Shown here: in pieces, positions 10,148 through 20,243 of the stretch
How positions within the stretch are numbered: position 1 is the first letter of the stretch
How the letters are laid out: every line of letters starts with the position of its first letter
Assembly: GCA_000697335.1 (NCBI GenBank)
Contig: JNEM01011054.1
Span: 1 to 32,587 of the forward strand
Length of the DNA: 32,587 bases
From: Conidiobolus incongruus B7586
Lineage: Eukaryota
Direction of reading: 5' to 3'
Translations under genes and position numbers: made by a program
Notes under the pieces: generated by a model
What the model was told of the DNA's origin: nothing
Databases searched by the model: none
The model's input: the letters and a program-made list of their open reading frames with translations, nothing else

Positions 10148-12071
10148 ATGAAATTTAATTGGATAATTCCATCTTTATCCAAATTATTAAAACCAAATCA
10201 ATTTAAAAACTTCACCCAAATTCAACCCAAGGCTTTGTTTCATCAATCTAGTTTAATCATGTCAGAACCTAGTCCCGCTAAAAAACCCAGAAAGAAGTAC
10301 TCCACCTGTAAGGAAAGGAAGGAACATGCCCTGTCAAAATTAAATCGAAATCAAGAGGCTTGGGGCCCTCGACCCGATGTCGACCCCGCCAATAAAGAAC
10401 CTAGAAAACCTAAGAAGAAGTGCGCTATTTTATTAGGATTCGTAGGTACCGGTTACAACGGAATGCAAATGTAATTCAATTTAAAAATATTTTGACTATA
10501 AAATTTTTACCAATTAGTCATTAGCAATCCCGGTGTAAAAACTATAGAGAGTGACTTATTCAAAGCACTGTGCGAAGTGGGAGCTATTTCTAAAGATAAT
10601 TCTGACGATCCCAAAAAAGTATTCCCAAATCAAATTAATTTAACCAATTAATTAATCCAAAATTTTTTAGTCTGGTTTAATGAGAGCTGCAAGAACTGAT
10701 AAAGGCGTCCACGCCGCTGGTATGGTTGTCAATATTAAGATAAGTAAAAATTATTAATATATATGGTCAAATTATACTTACCTTGATCCTTTCGAGGGTC
10801 CTTTACATTATCACCAGTGTAGAAAATTTAATTGAAAAATTGAATAATGCTTTACCTCCCCAAATCAGAATTATTGGTAATACTACAAAAACAGCATATC
10901 AGTACAAACCATTAATTCCATCATCAAGACATTCACCCCGTGATGAATTCCTTCCACTCCAAGACCTTCTGCAGCGGTCGCATTTACGAGTACTTGCTGC
11001 CTTCCTATGTATTAGCACCTCCAGAATATTTGCCCAAGATCGAATTCGATATCCATTCGCCCATTCCCAAATTGAGTGAAGAGGAATTGGCACAAGTGCG
11101 CAAGTTCAGAGCTTCCAAGGAGCTTTTGGACAGATTTAATCAAGCCTTGGCACATTATAAGGGTACCAAATCGTACCACAATTACTCCCCTTATAGATAT
11201 TTTGGTGAAGCTAGCTCTAAGAGGGTGATGCGTAATTTTAGTGTAAATATAAACAATATCTTTATTTTACAATGTGATTGATAATAATAATTATTAGGTT
11301 AACAAAGTCTTTGAGGAAGAAGGATGCGAATGGATTTTATTACGAGTTGAAGGTGATTCTTTCATGTTAAATCAAATCAGAAAGATGGTTTGTAAGTATT
11401 AAATCAAACATATTTAAAGTATATTTAATCATTATTATAATTCTATTTAGCTTTAGCCGTTTTAGTTACTAGATCAGGAATAGATTCCAGTTTAATGGAA
11501 AGATCCTTCGAAAATAGAAAATTTAATATTCCTAACGCTCCCAGTCTTGGTTTGTATTTAGAGAGAGTAACCATATTAATTTATAAATTATACTACATTA
11601 TTGATTAATGAAATTAAATAGACTTTATTTGCTCACTATAAATCCAAATTGGAAAAGAGTAAATCTGAATTACCAGATCTCGATTTCAAACTTCATGAAG
11701 TAATTATTAACTCATTTTAATCAATAACATATTTATTAAATATAATATTAGGATAAATTAAACAAAATCAAAAATGAAATGATTTTACCTACCATTATCA
11801 AGGAAGAGAAAGAGACTCAAGAGTAACCATCATATTATCATATCAATTACCCTCTTATTAACAATCTATTAGTTTTATCTCGTTCTGCTACAACGTGGAC
11901 TACCGTATGCATAACTACCCCTGGTTAACCGCAGACGGTGCTATTCCCGAACTTGGTACCGCCGAAAAACCCAAAAACTCTCAAACTACCGACAGGACTG
12001 AGGAAAGTGAATCCACCGCCAAATTGGAAGATGACGATGACGATATTCCTAATGGCAATCGTTCTGATTAA
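10148..12071 (+). CDS. PUS1: tRNA pseudouridine synthase, TruA/Pus1 family, paralog B (probably nuclear plus mitochondrial). 10 exons: 10148-10470, 10525-10618, 10671-10739, 10807-10876, 10929-11242, 11298-11391, 11451-11566, 11622-11699, 11752-11822, 11873-12071; 475 aa
   Basis: Motifs KKKCAILLGFVGTGYNGMQI, catalytic MRAARTDKGVHAAG, CSGRIYEYLLPSY, YKGTKSYHNYS, GDSFMLNQIRKMV and IPNAPSLGLYLE. It has the same nine intron positions as paralog A and an acidic C-terminal tail. Confidence 0.92.
10740..10806 (+). other. Putative non-canonical AT-AC intron (intron 3 of PUS1 paralog B) with a UUCG-loop hairpin
   Basis: AAG|ATAAGT...TACTTAC...CCTTTAC|ATT gives GMVVNIK|IITSVENLIEKLN. Hairpin GATCCT-TTCG-AGGGTC at 10785-10800. 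Confidence 0.75.
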
Positions 12072-12334
12072 ATAATATAGAGTTAATGATTAAATTATTG
12101 TTAATTTAATATTAAAATGAAAATTTCCTAAATATTATTTATTTAATTATATGTAATATTTACAAAAAATAACTTTGTTAAATTATTCTTGATTATTTAA
12201 ATTTACTCAGTTTAATTTTTAAAGGGTTTAATTCTAAGTTTAATCCCAAAAAATTTCAATTTCAACTCTATAAAATTAAAATAACCCTAATTTCACTTGT
12301 TACTGTTTTTCAATCAATTAAATTAAATAAAATA

Positions 12335-13991
12335 ATGGAAAGTCGGCTCATAGAACTAGCACAACAAAGTCGTAAAGGACTCGAACTCGGTAAAAATTTT
12401 TGTACTCAAGCCGACTTCACTAGTCAACAAATTGAACAAATTTTAAATTTTATCCAACTTTTTTGGCCTAAATTAAAATTTATTCATAAATTTTTAAATT
12501 TTAGAATTAAAGTAAATAAATTATTCAAAATGTGGATGTGGTATTAATTAAGATATTTAGAACTTTCAAAATTTGTTAATTATTGGTCAGTTTATTGAGA
12601 AGAAATTGAAAAATATGATACAAGTAAACATAAAACGAAATTAAATTAATATTAATTTTAACATAAACTTTAGTTAAAAATTCAAGAAAAAAATAATTTA
12701 AACCAAGCTTTAGAAAATTTATATCATCAATTAAAATCTGTTAAAATAACTCACTTGACTTTCACTTCTGGTGCGTCTTCTACCCAAGAAGTATTGTTCG
12801 ACTATATTGAGTGGGACACAGTAGACAATTTGAAAAAAGAGTTAAATACATCTGTCGAACTTTGGATCAATACAGAAACTGAGTTGAACCAAAAGCTCCG
12901 GGAATTTGAGACCTTGTTGACAGATTTGTTGGACCAAGTGCCAGAAGACCACGACTCCGTAAGTCTGGAGGAGAGTGGGGTACAGTATGCCCTCAAAAAG
13001 TTGAATGAACATCAGGGCAGGACGGAGAGTATGGCTCGCATTCTAGGGAGTTTAGAAAGGCATCACAGTCAGGTTACAGGAGTTCTAAAAGCCTTGAAAC
13101 AAGGGGAAGTTGGTCAGAAGGTGGATTTGTACAGTAAGTATATTTTCAATTGATTTATATTGTATTACTAATTTTGATAGTTTTGGAGAGAGATTCAGAA
13201 GAATTACCCATTATTTTAGAAGAACTGGAACAGAGTTTAGAAGTCATAGAATTATTAAAGTAAAATGAACAAATAATTATTTTAGAATTAATATTAATAT
13301 AAATATAAAATAGACAAGACGCGATAGTACGTCACCAACTTTACGAAGCTATTTATCAAGAAAAATACCAAGTCCTAAATCAACTCATGTTAAAATTTCC
13401 TCAATTTTTAAAATTGAGTAAACTGTTAAAACAAATTGAAGTAAATTTCATACAATTAAACCATTCAATATTATAAATTAATTTATATTTAGATGGATTT
13501 GAATCAACAATTGAATAATATTGACGATTTGATTGAAGAATTGTGGAGTATTGAAAAGAAGTAATATCATATCAATTATCCAATTTAAGATTAACATTAA
13601 TATTAGTATTGTTAATAGGTATTCGTCATGCATTCAAGCTTACAAGCATGTTGAACAAGAGTACAAACGTAGAGAGCAGGTGCAACTACATCAACAGCAA
13701 ATTATTCATCAATTCCAATTGAATTTAGATCGATTTTACAACGGTAGATACACAATCAATATTCCTAAACTATTCATTTTATAATTCTATTTAGATGAGA
13801 AAAAGACTCGCGAAGAATTCATCCAAAAAATTGAAGATTATTTACCATCCAATCTCAGTATGAGTATTAGGGAATTGCCTTATAAGTACTCAATTATTCA
13901 AGTTGTCGAGAGTCAAAGTCCGTTCGCAGCTGAACCGAACTTCTCCCTCAATCTCTCTGGGAATTTTAATGGAGATGAGGATTTGAGCTAA
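12335..13991 (+). CDS. ATG17: Autophagy scaffold protein Atg17-like (multi-exon, coiled-coil)
   Basis: Spliced segments include LFDYIEWDTVDNLKKEL, MARILGSLERHHSQV, LERDSEELPIILEELE, AYKHVEQEYKRRE and EKKTREEFIQKIEDYLPSNL, which resemble conserved APG17-domain motifs. GT-AG introns link the ORF pieces. Stop TAA at 13989-13991. Confidence 0.75.
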
Positions 13992-14394
13992 TAATGTTTT
14001 TATTTTATTAATGTATATTATTATTTTTAGTTTTATTTTAATTTATTATAAATTTAATAGGTATAATATATTGCAATGTTTTATAACTTTAATATAATCA
14101 TCTGACTATTTTCATATTAAAAACAATAAGCAATCAAATTTTAATTCATCAATAAAAATATATTGTGTGTAAATCTCAAAAATAGTATTTATACTCTCAT
14201 TTAATTATATTTTGAATAAATTATTAGATTTTATTGTTAATTTGTACTAAAATTCTCAAATCTAAATTGAATTGAAATTAGTTTATAAATTATCCCATAA
14301 ATTGCGATTATAAAATCAATAATATAAAATCCTCCGACCAATTTGAGATAAAGTTTATAGAGAATTAAATTAATATTAATAATTAATTATAACA

Positions 14395-15945
14395 ATGAGA
14401 TTAAAAATAACAACAAAAATAATTAATTATAACCGAATATTTATTAATCAATTCCAAACATCCTGCAAATTTTATCAAAAGCTCACTTTACCACCGCTAT
14501 TTTTATCTACATTTCAAAATTATAAAAATTACAATATTGTCCCGAACCACTTCTTAACCCAACAAATTAAAAATTTCAATATAGAAAATTTTGAATTTTC
14601 CAACTTTCAAAGCTTAGAAAATGATCTAAAGCGATGTGAATCGGAGGAATTAGGTCAAATTTTTCATTTGTTGATAAGTCAGTTTGAAGCTACTAACAGT
14701 CAATCCGAGTTTATTAATTTAATACAGTTTTATTTGACGAAGAATTACCCTATACTGCCATTATCGTTTATACCAATTCTTAATACTTTAAAAAATTACG
14801 AACAGTACAATTTATGGTATAGAGTATATGAAAGAATGATGAATAATCCTATTAAACTATACCACGAAGAGATCTTAGAGGAATTTCTTGATCAAGTACT
14901 ACCCAAAGTGATAAAATTCAACCGCCCCAACTTTTTCCAAATAGAATTCCATCCCAATCTCACATTTAACACCCTCACCTGCTTAATAACCTACTACAGT
15001 AACATTCAGAGGCAACCCAACCCAAATCTAACCAAAATCATAATGAAAATCTCCAAGCGAATCACAACTGGCGGCTACAACAGCCAGCAACGAAAAGCCT
15101 TGAAAGATGAGTGGATTTTAGCGGCATTCAAACTCTTATTGAACAACAACCAACTCAGCCAAAGCTATAAACTGTATAGTGACCAATTCACTAAAAATCC
15201 CAAGATTTTCAACACCTTTTTGCATTACTTCCAACGTATCTGGGATCGGGATCAACTCGAAAAATTTTGGGATCTGTTGGCATCGAGTCAGTTCAATCCT
15301 GATTTGAACTCATACAAATTGATGCTCGGTGCATATTTCAACATGCGGGATTTGAGAGGTGTTCAACTGATTTTGGAGCAGCTGTCAGCCTCTGACATAG
15401 TTTTGGACAAAGACTTGTTTAAATTGTTGATTGTGGGGTTCGTCAGGGTTGATTCTACCTCCATAGATCCTCTCGAGACATGTTTGAATTCGTCACTTTT
15501 TAAGAATTGTGACATTGTGCCACACTATGAATTGGTGTTGATGGCTTTGGAGGCTTTAACAAGTTTGAATCAGTTGGATTATATGCCACAAGTTTATCAT
15601 ATGTTCCTAAAAGAACTACAATTGATTGATAATATACAAAACATTAACGAAGCAATATTACAGTCCTACTTCTCCCAAATGATTCAACACTGCCAAGATC
15701 CCCTGGACCCCCACCATAATACGTTCCAGTCCTTCTTTGATACTTTCGTCACTGCCAACTACCCCAATAGCCAACTTAGAGACAAGATTCTAAACATTTG
15801 GCTTATCTCACTAGTGCAAAACCTCGAAAATTTAACAGACGACAAACAACCAATTATCTACAGTATCCAATCCATACAAAAGCATTGTCAAGATTTTCAA
15901 TTTGATCAAAGAGTTTTGAAATTATTGAAAGAATTAAATCAATAA
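14395..15945 (+). CDS. Intronless 516-aa protein with degenerate pentatricopeptide (PPR)-like repeats, probably mitochondrial
   Basis: Long open ORF. Consecutive ~35-aa units (FNTFLHYFQRIWDRDQLEKFWDLLASSQFNPDLNS / YKLMLGAYFNMRDLRGVQLILEQLSASDIVLDKDL / FKLLIVGFVR) fit the PPR pattern. The N-terminus is basic and non-acidic. Confidence 0.7.
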   Translation: MRLKITTKIINYNRIFINQFQTSCKFYQKLTLPPLFLSTFQNYKNYNIVPNHFLTQQIKNFNIENFEFSNFQSLENDLKRCESEELGQIFHLLISQFEATNSQSEFINLIQFYLTKNYPILPLSFIPILNTLKNYEQYNLWYRVYERMMNNPIKLYHEEILEEFLDQVLPKVIKFNRPNFFQIEFHPNLTFNTLTCLITYYSNIQRQPNPNLTKIIMKISKRITTGGYNSQQRKALKDEWILAAFKLLLNNNQLSQSYKLYSDQFTKNPKIFNTFLHYFQRIWDRDQLEKFWDLLASSQFNPDLNSYKLMLGAYFNMRDLRGVQLILEQLSASDIVLDKDLFKLLIVGFVRVDSTSIDPLETCLNSSLFKNCDIVPHYELVLMALEALTSLNQLDYMPQVYHMFLKELQLIDNIQNINEAILQSYFSQMIQHCQDPLDPHHNTFQSFFDTFVTANYPNSQLRDKILNIWLISLVQNLENLTDDKQPIIYSIQSIQKHCQDFQFDQRVLKLLKELNQ

Positions 15946-16013
15946 ACAGAATTATTTATTTATTTATATATTTATTTTTATGGTATTTGAATTTTATCTT
16001 GAAATTTAAATAT

Positions 16014-16718
16014 TTAGTGAGGTTTTGGCTTAAATCCTAAAAAAACAAAATTAACAACATATAAACACCTCAATAAACAATTAACTACCATCGACAGCCA
16101 TATTACGAGTAGCACTTGGAAGTTTGACGGTCATACCTTCCATATCCTCCCTCAATTCGACCTGACATCCCAAACGAGAAGTTTCCGTCAAACCAAATGC
16201 CAAGTCCAACATATCGTTTTCTTCGTCCGTAGGCTCCTCCAAACTGTCGTAAACTTCTTCAGTTAAAATAACGTGACAGGTGGAGCACGCTAGGGAAGCT
16301 TCACAAGCACCTAACCAACCATTAATATACACTGCTAAATTAATGTATGCTATTAGATAATACCTTCCAAATCGACATCGTTACTATGAGCGACGTCCAA
16401 AATACTTTGACCGATTCTACCCCTAGCGGGAATCTTTTCGCCTTCTGGAGTGATGAAATTAATAGTGATACTAAACTAAAGTGTTAACAATATTTTGTTA
16501 ATAAGATTAATATATTGGTGAGCGTTACCCTTCGCCTTCAGGTGGTTTTCCAGAACCGTGAAGTGAAACTAAACAACTATATTAATCAATTAAATTCGTT
16601 TAAATATGTGCAGTTTACTGTTAGTTGTAGAAAATGTCTTAAATTGATTCAATTTTAAATTTCTTTGTGTCAATAACTGTGACTTTCTTAAAATATTTCT
16701 GATTAAATAACTACTCAT
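16014..16718 (-). CDS. YAH1: Mitochondrial [2Fe-2S] ferredoxin (adrenodoxin family), 5 exons
   Basis: [39 protein letters not shown] and [18 protein letters not shown]. Presequence [22 protein letters not shown]. Four GT-AG introns. Confidence 0.95.
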
Positions 16719-17646
16719 TTTGAATATATTTAATATTAGTTATTGATATTTATTTGAAAATTGTTTGATAATGATAATTGGTATTTACATTTATAAAACC
16801 AAATTCAAGGTTATTTATTATGGGATGGATTAGAACAGTTATAATGGCTTATTAATCAATTATCCATTAAAATATTAGTCTGTTCTATATATTCTTTAAT
16901 TTCGATATTTACATTTTTTTACAACATATTATTATATATTTATGTGGTAAATAATTATTCCAAATTATAACATATCTAATATAATTTCTCTTCTTTATTT
17001 CTGGTATATAAATTAATCCTAACTCTAACTTGCTCCTATCCTGAAATCCATTAATCAAAACTCTTAATCACTTGATAACCTAATCATGTTGATTTGGTCG
17101 GGCCATCAAAGTGAGAGATCCATTATTAAACTTCAATATTACAAATAATAATAAATTAATTAGTAAAATTTCAAATAATTGACAGTATTTGATTTAATGA
17201 TATTTTAATTGAATTTTTAGCCCATTCCAAATAACATAGCACAGGATGCGAGCTATAGTTTTGGGAATTATCTATTCCTTTTTATACTATTTTGTATTCA
17301 TTTTATCAAAGATTATATCAGAGTAAATCAGGATTTTTGATTTTTAAAATGATTTAAATAATAAAACCTATATTCAAACAATATATATTATATTTTAATA
17401 TGAATATAATTAGGTTATAAAATAAATTGAAAATATATCAAATATCTCTTTAAACTTATTATTTTTACTATTTTGAAGAAAGAATTCATAAATTTACAAT
17501 ATTGTAATTAAATTCAAAATAAAAAAAAATACCTTGAAATTTTACTATCAATATTTAATATATTATTTATTTAAAAAAAATTGTAGTTTCATAACAAAAA
17601 AAATATATAGGATATGTGTAGAGAGTTAAGTATAATCAATGGTAAT

Positions 17647-18963
17647 TTAGTATCTAAAGTAGTCGTCACTATCCTCACCATAGTCATTGTAACTGTCACC
17701 GTTTCGGAATTCGGGATAATCGTTATAATTTTCTTGGGATGAGGGATAGTTGTTATAGTTGTCTTCAGGTTCTGGTATGTAGGACTCATTGTAATTGTCG
17801 CTGGGTGGTGCGTAGCCGTCTTGGGGTTCAGGTATATAATTCTCTTCGTTATAGTTGTCGCTGGGTTCTTCATAGTCTTCGATGGGTTCGGGATATACTG
17901 GTTTTGAGTAATTCTCGGGTAGGGATGGGCTGTCATAGTTGTCGGGTGGGAGTGGAACAGGGCTATTGTAGTTCTGTTCATTATTTTCTTCATAATTCTC
18001 TGGAGGTGATGAGGAAGGATTATCATAGTTTTGTTCATTATTTTCTTCATAGTTCTCGGGTGGAGGAGGAACATCATAGTTTTCAGGTGGTTGGTCATAG
18101 TTTTCTCCAGGGCCGTTATAAAACTCTGGATAATCTGAGGGAGGCATGTCATAATTATCATCGGGTCCGGGGTAGTTCCAGTTGGATTCTGGGTAATCAT
18201 TGTAGTTGTCGCCATATCTATCATTCATGTAGTTGTCATCATACATGGTGTTGTAATAGTCTTCAGGCGGATAGAAGCTATCACTGTTATCATATCCATC
18301 CCAGTATTCATCAGGAGTGTATCTAGGAGGTGGTGGCATATAATTTGGACGAGGTCTTGGATGGGGGCGATATGGTCGACGCATTCTTGGGCGTCTGTGA
18401 GGTCTGGGACGACGGTGAGGTCTTGGACGGTAACGACTTCTATCATCTTCTTCATCAGGTGGATATTCGTCAGATTCTTCTGGTGGATATTCAGTTTCAT
18501 CTTCGCTGATAGCAGGCGTACTTGCTGCAGTGAGAGTTGCATCAACCTGAGGAGCTGGAGCTGGGGCTGGGGGTGCTGGCATAGGCTGTGGAGCCATCAT
18601 GGAAGATGGCATCATTGGACCTGGTATCATAGGGCCTGGCATCATAGGATTGGCCATCATCGGTGCAGGAGCCATATATGGATAGCCCATAGGGACTGAA
18701 GCGGCTCTTAGTGGTGCTTGTACGGGATAGACCACTGGTTGCATGGGTGCTTGATACGGGATTGAGGCAGCTTGAATGGGAGCCGACATGGGGACCGAAG
18801 CAGCCTGAATAGGAGCAGGTGCTGAAACTGAAGCAGCTTGAACAGGTTGACTTTTATCTTTACTTTCTAAAAGTCCTTTGAGTCCACCTACGAGAGGAGC
18901 GCCCAGTAACGAAGACATTAAGATCGTTAGCACCGAAAGTGACAAGCCAGCATATTTAACCAT
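17647..18963 (-). CDS. Secreted low-complexity protein (438 aa) with Pro/Met/Ala-rich, Arg/Pro-rich and Tyr/Asn/Asp/Glu/Pro-rich blocks; function unknown
   Basis: The likely true start is ATG at 18963 (MVKYAGLSLSVLTILMSSLLGAPL, signal-peptide-like), because the ORF-track extension upstream is AT-rich UTR-like sequence. Single exon with elevated GC and internal repeats (xAAS[V/I], PPENYEENNEQNY). Confidence 0.8.
   Translation of the reverse strand: MVKYAGLSLSVLTILMSSLLGAPLVGGLKGLLESKDKSQPVQAASVSAPAPIQAASVPMSAPIQAASIPYQAPMQPVVYPVQAPLRAASVPMGYPYMAPAPMMANPMMPGPMIPGPMMPSSMMAPQPMPAPPAPAPAPQVDATLTAASTPAISEDETEYPPEESDEYPPDEEDDRSRYRPRPHRRPRPHRRPRMRRPYRPHPRPRPNYMPPPPRYTPDEYWDGYDNSDSFYPPEDYYNTMYDDNYMNDRYGDNYNDYPESNWNYPGPDDNYDMPPSDYPEFYNGPGENYDQPPENYDVPPPPENYEENNEQNYDNPSSSPPENYEENNEQNYNSPVPLPPDNYDSPSLPENYSKPVYPEPIEDYEEPSDNYNEENYIPEPQDGYAPPSDNYNESYIPEPEDNYNNYPSSQENYNDYPEFRNGDSYNDYGEDSDDYFRY
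17968..18063 (-). repeat. Internal coding duplication encoding PPENYEENNEQNY twice
   Basis: Two near-identical ~39-nt blocks differing at synonymous sites. Confidence 0.85.
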
Positions 18964-20243
18964 ATTGATGAATAAATAGAATAAATAAATAAATAAATAG
19001 AAAATGATTAAATAATATAGTATTATGACTGAATTCTTCAGAGTATTTATATCAAAAGCTTGTTGATAGAATTTGAACTGGATGACTAAAGCGTTGTTGG
19101 TATTCATTCCTTCAAGTTGTCAGATCATCGTTCACTAATCAATTCGTCCTTTTTGTTTGAATGCTATCGAAATGCTCAAATTTGCTGAATTAGGATATTA
19201 TTAGACTGATGAATGTGATTTTGAAATTGATCATTAAATTCTAACTGGGACGATCTTTGGTGAATTAAGTAATTTGAGAGGGAAATGAATTGAATATTGA
19301 ATCATTTTATTTATTAACCATGTGATATAAACTTTGAATGCAAAATTAATATTAAATTAATCAGATAATTTAATTGTCCAATGTACTAATTATTTAAATA
19401 TCAGTTCTAATATTTATCATTTCCTGTGTAACTATTAATTGAAAATTCTTAAACACATCTAAATATCATATTAAATAATGGTTATATATTAAGAAGTATA
19501 CTATATTTATCAATATAATAAAATTAAATAAAATCATTGAAAGGTAAATTTATAAATAATAATGATAATAATCAATTACAATCAATTACAATCTTATATT
19601 ATTTCATTTTTAAAGTTATAAAATATACAAAAAATCTAAAGAACTCTCAATTACATATTCTATATATTGATTCACAAGATTTTAAATAATATACTACCAT
19701 TATATATATAAACATGATAATAATCAAATAATTGTCAGTATTCATTAAGTATAATTTAATACTATAATTCGAATATTATTTAATTTTTGGTTTTCATCAA
19801 TATCATTTTTCTATTAAATTTCAAAATTATATATTATTTAAATTCGTTAAAAATAAAAAATCATGATACATATGTTTCAATTCCTTAATAAAAAAAATGA
19901 TGTTTGAGTAATACATTTTGAATCATAATAATTAAAAATCAATTGAATTATTCATTATTTATGATCAATTTGAAAAATATTAATATATATTATACTGATT
20001 ATGAATATATTATCATCAATATAATTTGTGATTATGTAATTAAGGAGGAGAAAGCATGGTATAAAATAAACCATAAAATCATAAAATAATTATTAATATT
20101 TAAACATAAATAATTTCAAAATAAATAACAATGATTAAGGTTTGAAATTATATGATATAATTTATAAAAATATTTTAACCCAATAAAGGTAGGTGAAATT
20201 TATATTATTTAATCAAGAGATAATAGGCAAAGTATCATAATAT

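Noticed and set aside
10774..10800. ATACTTACCTT followed by a hairpin as a U1 snRNA gene
   Set aside because: It is far too short, runs into PUS1 coding sequence, and shows no U1-70K loop or Sm site. It is treated as an intron element instead.
17589..18699. Overlapping ORFs of 211, 195, 106 and 112 aa
   Set aside because: These are alternative-frame or antisense shadows of the repetitive, GC-richer secreted-protein gene.
18964..19107. 48-aa N-terminal extension of the 486-aa ORF
   Set aside because: It is AT-rich sequence with TTTA-type repeats. ATG 18963 gives a clean signal peptide.
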